A DNA stretch of 64,000 nt from Antedon mediterranea (taxonomy: Eukaryota > Animalia > Echinodermata): positions 8,546,201-8,610,200 of the forward strand of contig NC_092670.1 in assembly GCF_964355755.1 (NCBI RefSeq), read 5' to 3'. Position numbers and translations under genes: made by a program. Below the pieces are notes generated by a model, which did no database searches, had not been told where the DNA came from, and saw nothing but the letters and a program-made list of their open reading frames with translations. Within the stretch, counting starts at the first letter, position 1. Each line of letters starts with the position of its first letter. Shown piece after piece: positions 11,901-23,269 of the stretch.

Positions 11901-14900
11901 CTTTAGAGATTTGATATACTCGGAGTCAATGAATATCAATTTGATTTTACTGTATTGTTACTGTATAATGCCAGGCTGAATTGTTAAGGTAAATGACTAC
12001 TCTAATTACTTATGAATTTAAAAAAAACCTCATTTGAACATGAAATAGAATAGTCCAAAGTCCAATCATAGCAAAAGAAATTCAGAATTAAAGTAACAAT
12101 GAGAATCCTTGCTATTAACTTGCCTATGAATTGATATATTTCATGACAGAATTATGCATCACAAAATAAAGTTCCTCTACAGTATGCACACATTGAATTT
12201 TGCACAAGTTAATTTCTAATAAGCTTACTAGAAAGCTCTGTCTACACTCTCAAACTATTGAAGAAAAAAGTGTGATCTGCTATATGGTAGTGCTGTGACA
12301 TCATCGTGTCCATATATGGGCATATCACATTTTTTTGTCTGATAGTATAGACAGAGCTTAACTTTGCAAGTCACAGATAAATATCATTTTACATTAAAAT
12401 AGAATTGTCACCTGTTCAGTCTTTGCAGGTCGGTGTTCACCTCTTTCACTAATTTTCTTTGAAGGTTTTTGAAGTTGTCATTGAATGATATCAGTATATC
12501 ATGTGGATCTCTCTTCTTTTCTTTGGCTTTTGTATCTACACCACTTTTATTGGAATGGCTCGCTGCAAGAAAAAGTATACTTCAAAAGGGATTGAATAAA
12601 AATAGTATCAATTCACATTGTAAATTACAAGAAGGTAAGCTATAGCCTAAAAGTCGTAGTGTTTGGAATATTTTGGTTAGAAAGTTTACAATTGCATTTA
12701 AATTATCAATAGTGTAAATTATTGAAGTCTAGCAGTTTCCAAAATCTTGTTGGAGCAAGAGCAGGTAAATTTGTTTATTTCTTCAACTTCTCAATAAGAT
12801 GTACATTAGTGAAGGATGGGACCAACAGGTGGTAAAACCATGGAGCGAATAAGCCTCGAACCCTTGCCGATGTTATGGCTACCTAATTACGGTTCCACTG
12901 TCTTAACCACTCTCACTCTCTAAATCTGTTCAGGCCTATGACTTGTTCTGGCACGATTGTGCTTGATAACATGCCGAATAAATGTTACTATTATTATTAT
13001 CTTGTAAAACGACAGACAGGACAGGATATGTTGAGATAACCGAGAAGATCCACTTAATGTCTATTGAATTCTCCTGAGATTCACCTCAACAGGAAGTCAA
13101 ATCAGAAACTATGGGTAAGTTTAGTATAGCTGTAAATGTAAGGCCGTTTTCCATGTAAATAAACATAACATAAATCTGCAATTATTATTTTGGCAAAAAT
13201 CATAGTTTCAGTGTTTAATAAATAAAAATTTATTTATTTCTCATTTATCAATAAGTACCATTAAAAATGTGAAAAAAAATATATTTAATAAATACATAAA
13301 ATACCTAATTAATTTGTCATATGGTCAGAAAATGTGTTTTTAAAAAATTAAAAGGTTATTGCACTCAACTACAATCAACTTTTGAAGAGGTTTACTATCA
13401 TTATAATTTTTAATTTTGCATAAATACATACGACGTGCATTGTGTGTCGGAATTGTACTGCGTTTCCCCTCCAACTTTTCCCCCCCACATCCTGCTTGGA
13501 TTATGGCAGAACCTTTTTTTTGATTTTTTTTTTTGGTAGAATGATGATTATCAGTTTGCAACTTAAATTAAGCTAATCAAGTTGTAGTTTGGTTTACCAT
13601 AGATCCACCAAATTTCGAAAAATGCAATTCCCAAAAGACAACATTAGGTTTTTGTTGAGCAACTTTTTAGACCCTGTGTGTGGATCCACCACTGGTTACT
13701 GTACTTTATGTAATTCCAAGACACTAACCTTTCAGATCAGAGTTTGATTGTGAGACCGTCATCCAAAATGTAGGTTTATGCGGGTTCTTTTCTGTCGTGG
13801 AATGTACTTGTTGTCTGTATTGACTGGTTACAACCTGATGGGCAGCTACAAATGAAAAAAGGTTTAGTGGTGTAACGCAGAGAACCCAGACTCCTGGGTT
13901 AGAGACCCTAAGTGGTCGTTTTTAGCCTTTTTCACATACCGTAAAACCTCGAAAAGAAGCCCATGGGCTTCTTTTTTTAGTGCTCTTGGATGGGCTTCTT
14001 TTCGAGATGGGCTTCTTTTCGAGAGTACTTTTGCAAACTGTAGAGGAGGGCTTCTTTTCGAAATGAATGCTGTAAATTTTGTGAATTTCTACTACAATAA
14101 TGTGACTTTTGAGACATTTTTTCAACCATGAAATTATGTTTAATATACCAATTAAAAAACAATATAAAAAAACAAAAAAACAGTCCTATGATTCACCGTC
14201 AAATACAATAATTTCGTCATCATCTCAATACAGTATGAGTAGTCTGTCTCGAAATGAAGCCCGTACTATCTTGAAAAGAAGCCCAGGGGGCTTCATTTCG
14301 AGATGGGCTTCTTTTCGAGAGTACTTAGTGCAAACTGTAGAGGGGGGCCTCTTTTCGAGATGGGCTTCTTTTCGAGGTTTAAGCCCATGGGCTTCTTTTC
14401 GAGGTTTTACGGTATTTGAAAGCTTGTTGTTTCCTTTGGGCCCTGCTCAGGGGCTCCGGTAAGGTCCGGGCCCCTGGGTTTAGTGATCATAGCCATTATG
14501 GCACTGATTAATTGAAGACACACCACCACCTGTCATTTAAATTTTACCACTGATCCCCCTTCAAAATATTTTTGACACGTAGCACCTACTGTACTTTTGT
14601 ATATACCCTTTACTGAATTAACATTTCAGGATAGTTTGGTGAACACCTACCTGTATTTGGAGCCATACTTGACCTATGCTGACCTCCATGTGTTTGGAAT
14701 GCCAAGAAATCATCCCATGTTTCTATCATACGCTCACTACGTTTATTGGACTTATACCTTTGATTTAGTGAGAAAAAAAAGATTTCTTACAGCTTATACA
14801 TTGTGATGATTCAGAATTTATATGGCTATTATTCTACGCGTTTTTAAGTATAACTACTTAATTATTTTGAATCACTACCACCGACTCATTTAAAGGAAAC

Positions 14901-17900
14901 CAACCTTGAAGGAAACTATATTTTGTGTTTTATCTTGGAGAAATATAATCAATCTTAACCTTGAAAGCTTTTTTTTATAGGAGTAATAGTAATATTAATC
15001 ATTTTGCACACTTTTTCCAGTTTTGTGGAGATGTCGTGGAACCTGGTCTGTCACTCCTGCTAGGGGCTCGTCCAACCATACCACTGCCATTTTTTAACAT
15101 CACTCTTGACATGTGACCTTGACCACCAGAGTCATGTGACATTAACGTTTCAGTTGATTGTATTTTCTCCATTTGCGGGTGGCCACGAAATGTAGGCCGA
15201 CTGAAAATGTAAATAAAGATCCCTTTTTTCAAGATTTATTGCATAGATGCTGTGAGAGTCTATTTTCAATCAAAACTGCACAATATATAAAACAATTGAA
15301 AATGAAAATAGGATTTAGGAAACACTTTTTTGTAAAATAAACAAGAGGAAATATATGTTTTTTAAATGGCCAACCCCTTTTAATGGGATTCTTTGATGAG
15401 TCACTATGGTGTCCTCATTAGGGGTTCAAAACTGTACAAGGTTTACAGGATTCGTTCTTACCTGACAACTGGTCTACCATGGATATCTAAGATAACATCA
15501 CGGAACAGAAAATTGACTGTCTCGTGAGAAAGAGGAACACGAGATCGTATATCTCTTGTTTTCATGTTGTGAAGAGCATTGAGAACCATAATGATACAAC
15601 GGATACGATTTAACTCTGCCTTCTTCTTCCTTTGACTGACAAGCCTTCAAGAAAGTTGAGTTTTTAGTTTAATACCTTGATTTAGAATGTTATATGCCTA
15701 TATTTTGTAGAGCGTCTGTTCGAACAGAATTTGTCATTGTAGGCTAAAGTTTGTATTCAGAAAATTGGTATCTATATTATAAGAGGGAGTGTTTGTTGTT
15801 TATTTAATACATGGGGTATCGAGTTTACTGGAATTGTACTGGAAAGATTATAAAACAACACTAGTAGCTACAGGAAATGCACATTTCAATGTTTTATTTC
15901 AGGTTTTAGTGCCAGCCAAGTTAACCAGTAATTCTATGATTTATTTTACCTTGCTAATTCTTCCTCGTGATCTTCCACTGGTTTGGCTGCTGTTGATGAT
16001 GTTGATGCACCACTTCTTACTGAGTCTGTGGACATGATGCATGAGCTAGTATGTTTGCTGCCTTTTGATAGCCGTGACGAAGATCGTAGGATGAAGGACG
16101 GTGAAGTTGGGGCACAGAAGCTTATTACCTGAGTCTGTGATTGGTTACATTCTGCAAGTTCACGCTGATGCTACAGAATTTAAAAATATTGTTACACATA
16201 AAGCAAACTTTCTTTACTTTATGGAAACTTTATGAAGGAATTACAAACAAATACAAAAGACTAAATATATATTGTATGATGTACAGTGTCTTGATTCAGG
16301 CAATTCCAGCGAGAATGAATGGCATATGACAGAAGAACATTGCTGGAGGGTTACCCAATAATGTACTAGATATTACCGCCAGTCATTGGTGCATTGATGT
16401 AGACTACTAGAGTAGATAAAGATGTACTAGATTTGGTGGGAAAAGACTTCTCAGGAAGTCGACTTATCGGCCTGTGCCAAAAAGGTTCAATAAGCTTCAT
16501 CTGCCATCCTTAGAACAAAGACCCATTTACACTAGGACGATAACAATAATATCGTCCTAGTGTAAATGGGCCTTAACTAATTTAACTTACTTCAATATCC
16601 TGTATTGTGGTTTGAAACTGCTGTCCTGCTTTTGTACGTGCTATGGTGATTTCAAGATCATTCAGTTGACGTTGAATGTATGTCAACCCTGCTGTCTGGT
16701 TGGCCAAGTCCTTCTCATTTTGTTTGCTTTTGTCTTTAGACAAATCATCATCTTGAACATCTTCCTACAATATTTTTAACTCTTTTAAATAACAACTTTT
16801 TTGTTTTAAATTTTTCATTCTAGATTTAGACATACCACGGCATCAACATCTTAAACATCGTCCTACAATGTTTTTAACTTTTAAATAACAACCTTTTGTT
16901 TTCAAATTTTTATTCTATATTTACACATACTAAGTTATCAACATCTTGAACATCGTCCTACAATATTTTTAAGTCTTTTAAATAAAAAACTTTTGTTTGC
17001 AATTTTTTAGATTTAGAGATACTTAAGGCATCAATTAAACTAAAGAATGAAGTTTTCATTTTTTTAAATTCTCAGATTTAAAAAAGGGAAGAAAACCTCA
17101 TAAAGATATAGCAGAGCAAATGTATGAGTCCTGGAACAAAGTAAAGTAGTTGAGTATTGGGAGAAACGAAGCAAAAAAAGTTCCAATTGGACTTGATTAT
17201 ACCATGAAAGACCACAGGTCTATAAGGGCATCTGTATACCAAACAGAAGATGAATATTTACATGTTCTATTTCCACATCATATTCATACATTCCAGCATA
17301 AAACCAGGTGGTTTCGATTTTCCTATTACTTACCTTATTCCAGCCTTTTGTAGGCTTGTCGATGTCTCCTTGTGATTTGATGCATGGTTTTGTAGGTGGA
17401 TGATCATGAATTCTAAACTTTAATTCATACACATAAATAAAAACAGTAATATTTGATTTGGAATATAAAGAAAATAATTTCTGAAGATTAAAAACAGACA
17501 AAGCTGAGATGCTTTAAATATAATTATTAATATAAAATATGACGATCTCTGATGGGGAATTGGAGTGGGTAATGAAAATTGAAAATGTCAGATGAAGCAA
17601 GTGCTTCATCTGCCTCATGCTGGCTATGGCCCTGTTTCTGTTGAAATTGAAGTAAACTGAAGTTCTATTAGTTTACAGGTTTACTTTAAAGAATGGAGAT
17701 TTTGTTGACTAATTATCTCCAATAATACCCTATTTGAAAATCCTTCTTCAAACACATCTGCTACCAGTTCCTTTGAGTTGAGTTGAATCTGTCCAATAGT
17801 TTGGTAAGGTCTGTGTTGGGGTGTAAAAAACCCATCTTTACGCTGTGCCTTGCGTCTCTGATAGTGTCCTGACCAGATGTTGTCGTCATAACTGGACACA

Positions 17901-18553
17901 AGTTCAGTCGATGTTCTTCGCTGATAAAGCTCAGAGTTGTAAACTTCTTCTGTAAATTTATTTGTATTACAATTATTGATCAAATAAAAATGTATTGTCA
18001 TTGTATTTAATTTGTTAATAGATATTTAATTCTTTTTTATTCAATGGTACCATTTACCTAAAGCATGGTCAAGTTGGATAGTAGGCCTACTGTAACTGCT
18101 TCATTTTCAATTAATATTTATTTATAAATGGCTGCCAGGGAATAATTTCGCCAGTGTAGCATAGCAAAAAGCTATACAAAACAACCTTCTTGCTACACAA
18201 TTGTAGAAATATATATAAAAATACGATAGATTAGAAAACTATGTTTCTCGACTAAAAAATCAGTTTGATTAGCAATATTGCCAAACAATAATAATTTTAA
18301 AAGGAAATTTTTCCCGGCTGCTGCAGAGAATATAAATGTGTTTCTTCTTTATAATGCTTTAATTCCTTACAATTTCTAAGCCCTTGTTCTAGGCCTAGTT
18401 ACTAGCTTGTAACTAGATCAGCTTACCTTTTGGTGTTTTATAGTTCTGCTTCAAGGAGGCAGTGACATGTTGAGACTGAATAGCAGGTCCTTGAATAACC
18501 AAATTGGCAATGTTGTTGAAATGTGCAGCATTGTTAATCGATAAAATTCCCAT
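8977..18553 (-). CDS. Uncharacterised 621-aa protein with a CCDC60/DUF4698-like C-terminal domain (12 coding exons)
   Basis: Phase-consistent GT-AG exons: 18553-18427, 17949-17685, 17412-17334, 16764-16591, 16170-15950, 15644-15462, 15200-15082, 13845-13729, 12562-12412, 11439-11296, 9555-9432, 9138-8977 (1866 nt, no internal stop). Starts MGILSINNAAHF and ends RFRQKFHNLTLTALFEKTLQNMR..KWYTDL..ILHRLSRF..AIRFILEKI..SWLNHRKLPLIVN*, which resembles the remembered CCDC60 C-terminus. Probable 5'UTR exon ending at the donor near 18931. Confidence 0.82.
10229..10720. mobile_element. Kolobok-like MITE (TTAA target)
   Basis: TTAA-agatgtattgtccctt ... aagggacaatacatct-TTAA. A right-end copy of the same TIR is at about 60667-60687. 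Confidence 0.8.
12233..12360. mobile_element. Harbinger-like short MITE family (agctctgtctacact...tagacagagct)
   Basis: Inverted ends and a shared core (aaaaaagtgtgat..atatggtagtg..catatatgggca). Other copies at about 36040-36171, 55638-55778 and 58665-58781. Confidence 0.7.
12838..12920 (-). mobile_element. 5' fragment of the tRNA-headed SINE seen at 31 kb
   Basis: accatggagcgaataagcctcgaacccttgccgatgttatggctac...cggttccactgtcttaacc matches about 31208-31280. Confidence 0.8.
13939..14412. mobile_element. Tc1/pogo-like MITE (TA target)
   Basis: TA-ccgtaaaacctcgaaaagaagcccatgggctt ... aagcccatgggcttcttttcgaggttttacgg-TA, with internal gggcttcttttcgag subrepeats. Confidence 0.88.
16518..16574. 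mobile_element. Collapsed Harbinger-like MITE hairpin
   Basis: cccatttacactaggacgata-acaataa-tatcgtcctagtgtaaatggg. A longer relative is at about 55331-55423. Confidence 0.65.
16745..17035. repeat. Three ~95-bp tandem copies spanning a splice acceptor of the minus-strand gene
   Basis: catcttgaacatc(t/g)tcctacaat(a/g)tttttaac...ttttaaata... at about 16747, 16847 and 16942. Confidence 0.85.
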
Positions 18554-18661
18554 TTGAATCTAAAGTATAATGAATATTAAAATAACAAATTACAGGGCGA
18601 ATCCAGGATTTTTTTTATTGAACCTGAGACGCTAAAACTACATATAGGTATAGGCCTCTAT

Positions 18662-18670
18662 TAATAATAA

Positions 18671-18750
<80 letters not shown>

Positions 18751-18755
18751 TAGTA
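18662..18755. repeat. (TAA)n/(TAG)n microsatellite
   Basis: Visible tagtagtag run. Confidence 0.97.
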
Positions 18756-19039
18756 GGACAGCTCGACAAGCCTCGAGAATTAGAGGTCTGCGTCGGTTTA
18801 TTTGTGACTCGACTGTTTATGGCATGCAATCACCACCAACCAGAATCGACAGGAGAGAAGAGAGAGAAGCTCTCTAACTGTAGTAGGAGGTTGCCTAGGC
18901 CTATTAAATAATGCGTTAAAAATATGCTTACATTTATATTATGCCGACTAGCATCGTTAATTCGAACAAAGAAATCAAAATTACGGCCACAGAACTTTTA
19001 TTTTAATCCTACACAACCGGCCGCACCGCAACAAAATAA

Positions 19040-19155
19040 CAAACATGTGTCGTGACGACGTGTTGAGTGTGTGGATGATGATGATCTCGCGCACGTACAC
19101 GTCACACGCGCGCCATCATCCAGGAAGTTTTGATAGACTACACATCCCAGTCGTA
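19040..19155. promoter_or_regulatory. Probable core promoter region of the CCDC60-like gene
   Basis: CpG-rich patch in AT-rich DNA just upstream of the first exon. Contains CACGTCA (CRE-like), CAGGAAGT (ETS-like) and GACTACACATCCCAG (ZNF143/THAP11-type ACTACAnnTCCCA). Confidence 0.5.
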
Positions 19156-19173
19156 TTTGACAATACGACTCAT

Positions 19174-19494
19174 TTTTGTTTTATGTTAATTGTTCTACAA
19201 GTATTTTAAACATTTTCTTTTAACAATTATTTAAAATTCATTTTAATATCTTATCTTGCAAAGGAAGAACATTTTTGATAATAAGACATTTTTTACGAAT
19301 AAAATATAATTATCATGTACAGTACTGTATGTTATTTTGTTTGATTGAATAAAATAACAATTTAACATTCAGTACTGTACATGATAATTATACTTTATTC
19401 GTAAAAAATGTTATTTGCAAGATAAGATATTAAAATAAATTTTAAATAATTGTAAAAGAAAATATTTAAAATAGTTGTATAACATAAAACAAAA
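19174..19494. mobile_element. AT-rich ~320-bp palindromic (foldback) MITE
   Basis: ttttgttttatgtta...tcttatcttgcaaa...acgaataaaatataattatcatgtacagtactg is mirrored by cagtactgtacatgataattata...ttcgtaaaaaatg...tttgcaagataagatatt...taacataaaacaaaa. Confidence 0.75.
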
Positions 19495-21229
19495 CATTGC
19501 AAAAGGTTCTCTTAAATTAGAATTAAAAGTAAGTATATGTAATTTAAAACGTGATTTCTTTTTATTGTTTGCCCACATGCACGTATTTGGCTACAAATAA
19601 ACACGAATTAGAAATTACATAAATCGTAGTCGTTTGTATTGAAACGTTTTCATGATCTGTTGATGGTCGCACGATGGAGATACGATATTGTTACGATAAC
19701 TTCGCGACACAGCAGTATTACGAATTATTGCGACAGTGCCAGGACATATAATGATTTGCTTCGACACATAACGAAAATATTAAGACGGTAGGCCTACTAT
19801 GAAATCATTCAATGCGATTTTGTCAAGAAGCTAATACGATGTAAATGTTTTGATCATCTGTGTGAAGTTTTAGATTATCTAGTTTTCATCCTTTATAAAG
19901 TTGGGGGCCGAGTATTGTCCTGCTCTGTAACTATTAGCTTGAGTCATCTTTTTTAGTTTTGGAGGAGAATGTTGGACTCAAATTTTCGACAGAGAACCAG
20001 TACAAATTTAAACTACAGTACAGGGATCTGTTATTTCGGTAGAAGAAAGGGAGTGGGGAAAGTTCAATTCTAAAATGTTTCTTTTTAAATTTATGTAAAC
20101 TGTTATTTTATTATTTGTTTGAAGGGGGCGTTTATTATAAAGGATGGTCTATGGATGGGGGAAGGGTGGTTATTTGATGGAGGCGTTTAATTTTATTCAA
20201 AGCGAGGCGTTTATTGGAATAATACGGTACGTTAAAACATGATATTTTGTCATTAGTAGTTTTCCAAATTGATAGAGCGCCCTCTTGAATTTCAAACGTC
20301 ACAACAAAAGTGACCGCTGATTGGGCATAAGTTTTCACAACCTTTCTCTATTAACGCGCTGTGTGTGCGCGCGTAGTTACATTTGGTGTGTAACAACTGA
20401 AAAAGAAGAATAGAAAAATAATTAAACATCCTAGGCCTAGCCTAGACCAAGCCTAGGCCTAGGTAGTTGTGATATTATTAATCTCCAATTACCAGCAGGT
20501 AAGCCTAATTTGTTTGTAGAAATAGTAAGTAATATTTCTATAGGCCTAGGCCTATTTATCGTATCATGGGTATTAATTTATATCATTTAATAACCTAACT
20601 TTTTAACCAACTTGATGCTGCATGCCCAGTCAGTCGCCCCTTTTTAATTTGTTTAGGCTCAACCAAAGATCCGCCCACTGCCATGCACCATGCATGCCAT
20701 GGAGGTATAAATACCTACATGTACCGAATTATGTTTTTTGGTGCAGCCGGCCTATAGTCCAGGTCCAGCCCTATAGAGGCCTATTTATTTATTTACACAA
20801 GCCTAGTCCTGAGGCCTAGGTAGTAGTAGGCCGAGTAAATTATTCTAACTTGAAGCTATCTTAATACTAATAGCGTGTAGAGCCTAGGCCTAGCCTAGTT
20901 AGTAGATAATGTAGGCTATAGCCTAAGCTAAGTTAAATTATACACACAAAAAAACACGCCATCCATGCATATTGTTTTGTATTATTAATGCCAAGTTGTT
21001 TTTTCTAGTGTTTTAGTGTGTACAGTATATAAATATAGGCTAGGTCTAGGTATAAGCAGACTTATGGAAAGATCAAACATCAATCAACACAATAGTAGAC
21101 CCAGGCTTAGGCCTCATGCAAACTTAAAACGAATGGTGAACCTAAAAGTTATAGGTTTTATTACTATATTAGGGCCTATCCTAAGCCCACATGTCATTAT
21201 TTATCCTATGTTGGTCCTAAATAAATTTA

Positions 21230-21820
21230 TAATTAACAATAACATTCATTAAATCCATTTAATATGTTTTGTATTTTAGGACGCAAAGCCAAATATATAG
21301 CTTTGATGCTGTAGTGTGGAATATGTACAGCTATTTCGATTGGGATTTGGAAAAGGACAACCACTTTTGACCGAAATTCAAATCCATGCACGCCGTAGTA
21401 TTAGTAATCTTTTATATAGGCCTAAGCAGTCTTTATTTACAACATTGTTTTTGTGTGTTTTTGATACATATAATTATGTCTAAGCACCTTTTATTTCGTT
21501 TTCAAGGTCTTTGAGAGAGTCTACAGCACCAGAAAATAACATCAAGCCAGTTCCACCAGTTAAGCCTCCACGTCAGGGAAGACCCCCAATACCTGGGGCA
21601 AACATCCGAAGGAGAAAGTACAAACAAAAGTAAGTGTTTATATGCACAAGGTATAAGCAGTCTTATTAACAACATTGTGTGTTTGTCAACAACTCTTATT
21701 TCGTTTTCAAGGTCTGAAACACCTGAAATACAGATGGAAAAGAAGCCACTTCCGCCGCCAGTTAAGCCTCCATGTGGGACAAACATCCGAAGGAGGAAAT
21801 ACAAATTATTACAGTAGGTT
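21230..21820 (+). other. Exon-like tandem units encoding Pro-rich basic peptides (PVPPVKPP...NIRRRKYK); gene or pseudogene of unknown identity
   Basis: ttatttcgttttcaag acceptors near 21507 and 21711 and a gtaagt donor near 21630. Translations: SLRESTAPENNIKPVPPVKPPRQGRPPIPGANIRRRKYKQ and SETPEIQMEKKPLPPPVKPPCGTNIRRRKYKLLQ*. Possible upstream exon with a CAG|GTAAGC donor at 20498. Confidence 0.45.
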
Positions 21821-22543
21821 TCTGACTGCACACCACCTACGTTATATTTGTCTTAAAACTTTCAACCATATCAATATAGTCTTAATCATAATTTTTTCTC
21901 ATAGTTTTAAGTAAAACTTTTTTAACAACTAACAGATAATTCGAACATTTTTCTATAGCAAGGAATATTTTTTTTTGATTAAAAAAAAAGTTTCAAAAGG
22001 TAGAATTACTTTCAGGCTGATATTAATTAGGGTATAGTTGCTAGCAATCTCTATGAGAATGAACACAGTCGTAGTGAGCTTAATTTAATTTCCAGGTTTT
22101 TTGGCAGATATGTATCACCTATATTGACGGTAGGTCTACTTTAATATTTCATTGACTGAAGACAAGACAGTAATGTATTACCGAGACCAAGTTGAAATTT
22201 AATACTTAATACGTTATTTAGCATCAATACCTAGTAGGCTCTGACGTTGAAAATTGACTACAAATAATACATTTCTTTGCACCACACTGGTTCAGATACA
22301 CTATTTTCTCACCTTGGCTGTGGCCCTCAAACGAGGCTTGTTTTGCAGCATAAACCATATTTACCTTCCTATTTAAAAAACACTTGCTTGCTTTTGGTGC
22401 TTTAACTGCCATGTCTGGTAAATTGAAACCCTATACTGGCTAAAGCTCGACATCTGATCTTATCTTCCTCTTCTATCTCCCTTTATAGACAGATGTTGAT
22501 ATTTGATAAAATAAAGTTTGTGAAACTTAAACTTTGATTCATT

Positions 22544-22995
22544 CATCTGATCATATCTTTTCTATAAAACAATATTGTGCCTTAACGTTGACGTCTTGTC
22601 AATTTGGCTGTAGACTTCAAAGGAGCTGCAGCCCAACACATGTTATCTGATTTTTTCCATAAACATTATTTTTCGTTCACGTTGGCGTCTTGTCAATTCG
22701 GCTGCAGACGTGAACGAAGCTGCAGCCCAACGCATCTGATTGTATATTACCATAAACACTATTGTGTGTTCACGTTGACGTCTTGTCAATTCGGCTGCAG
22801 ATTCAACGGAGCAGCAGCCCAACACATCTGATCTTAGTTTTTCCATAAACACTAGTGTGCCTTCACGTTGACGTCTTGTCAAGTCGGCTGCAGATTTAAT
22901 GGAGCTGCAGCCCAACGCATCTGATCTTTTCCATAAGCACTATTGTGCCTTCACGTTGACGTCTTGTCAATTCGGCTACAGACTTTAACGGAACC
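22544..22995. repeat. Five ~90-95-bp tandem repeats
   Basis: catctgat...ttttccataaacactattgtgccttcacgttgacgtcttgtcaattcggctgcagatttaacggagctgcagcccaac. Diverged relatives at about 24545-24900 and 25110-25180. Confidence 0.88.
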
Positions 22996-23269
22996 ATGTG
23001 TTTTATCGCCAAACTGTTTGAACTTATTTTGGCCTATTTTGCGGCCACTCACTCTTCTGGAGTATTTAAACATGTGTGCCAAAAACGCACCCAAAAAAAT
23101 ATTTTGTGTGCAGGTAAACGCGAACTTTTGTTTGTGTTTTCTTCTTTTGCTGTTTTCCATAGACTTGAACTGTTGGAGCCAGTGTGCCTTTTCGACATTG
23201 GTTGATGACTGGTTGTAGGAGAAACGAGTGAGATTTTATTTGATTCGATTTTGTCCTCTTCCATAATCC

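Noticed and set aside
18638-18829. Poly-Leu ORF
   Set aside because: It is the translation of the (TAG)n microsatellite inside an intron.
18888-18902. X-box in intron 1 of the CCDC60-like gene (GTTGCCTAGGCC)
   Set aside because: Only a half match, and it overlaps the ubiquitous TAGGCCTA word.
22544-22995. Repeat-spacer array
   Set aside because: The whole ~90-bp unit is homologous between copies; the variable parts are diverged copies, not unique spacers.
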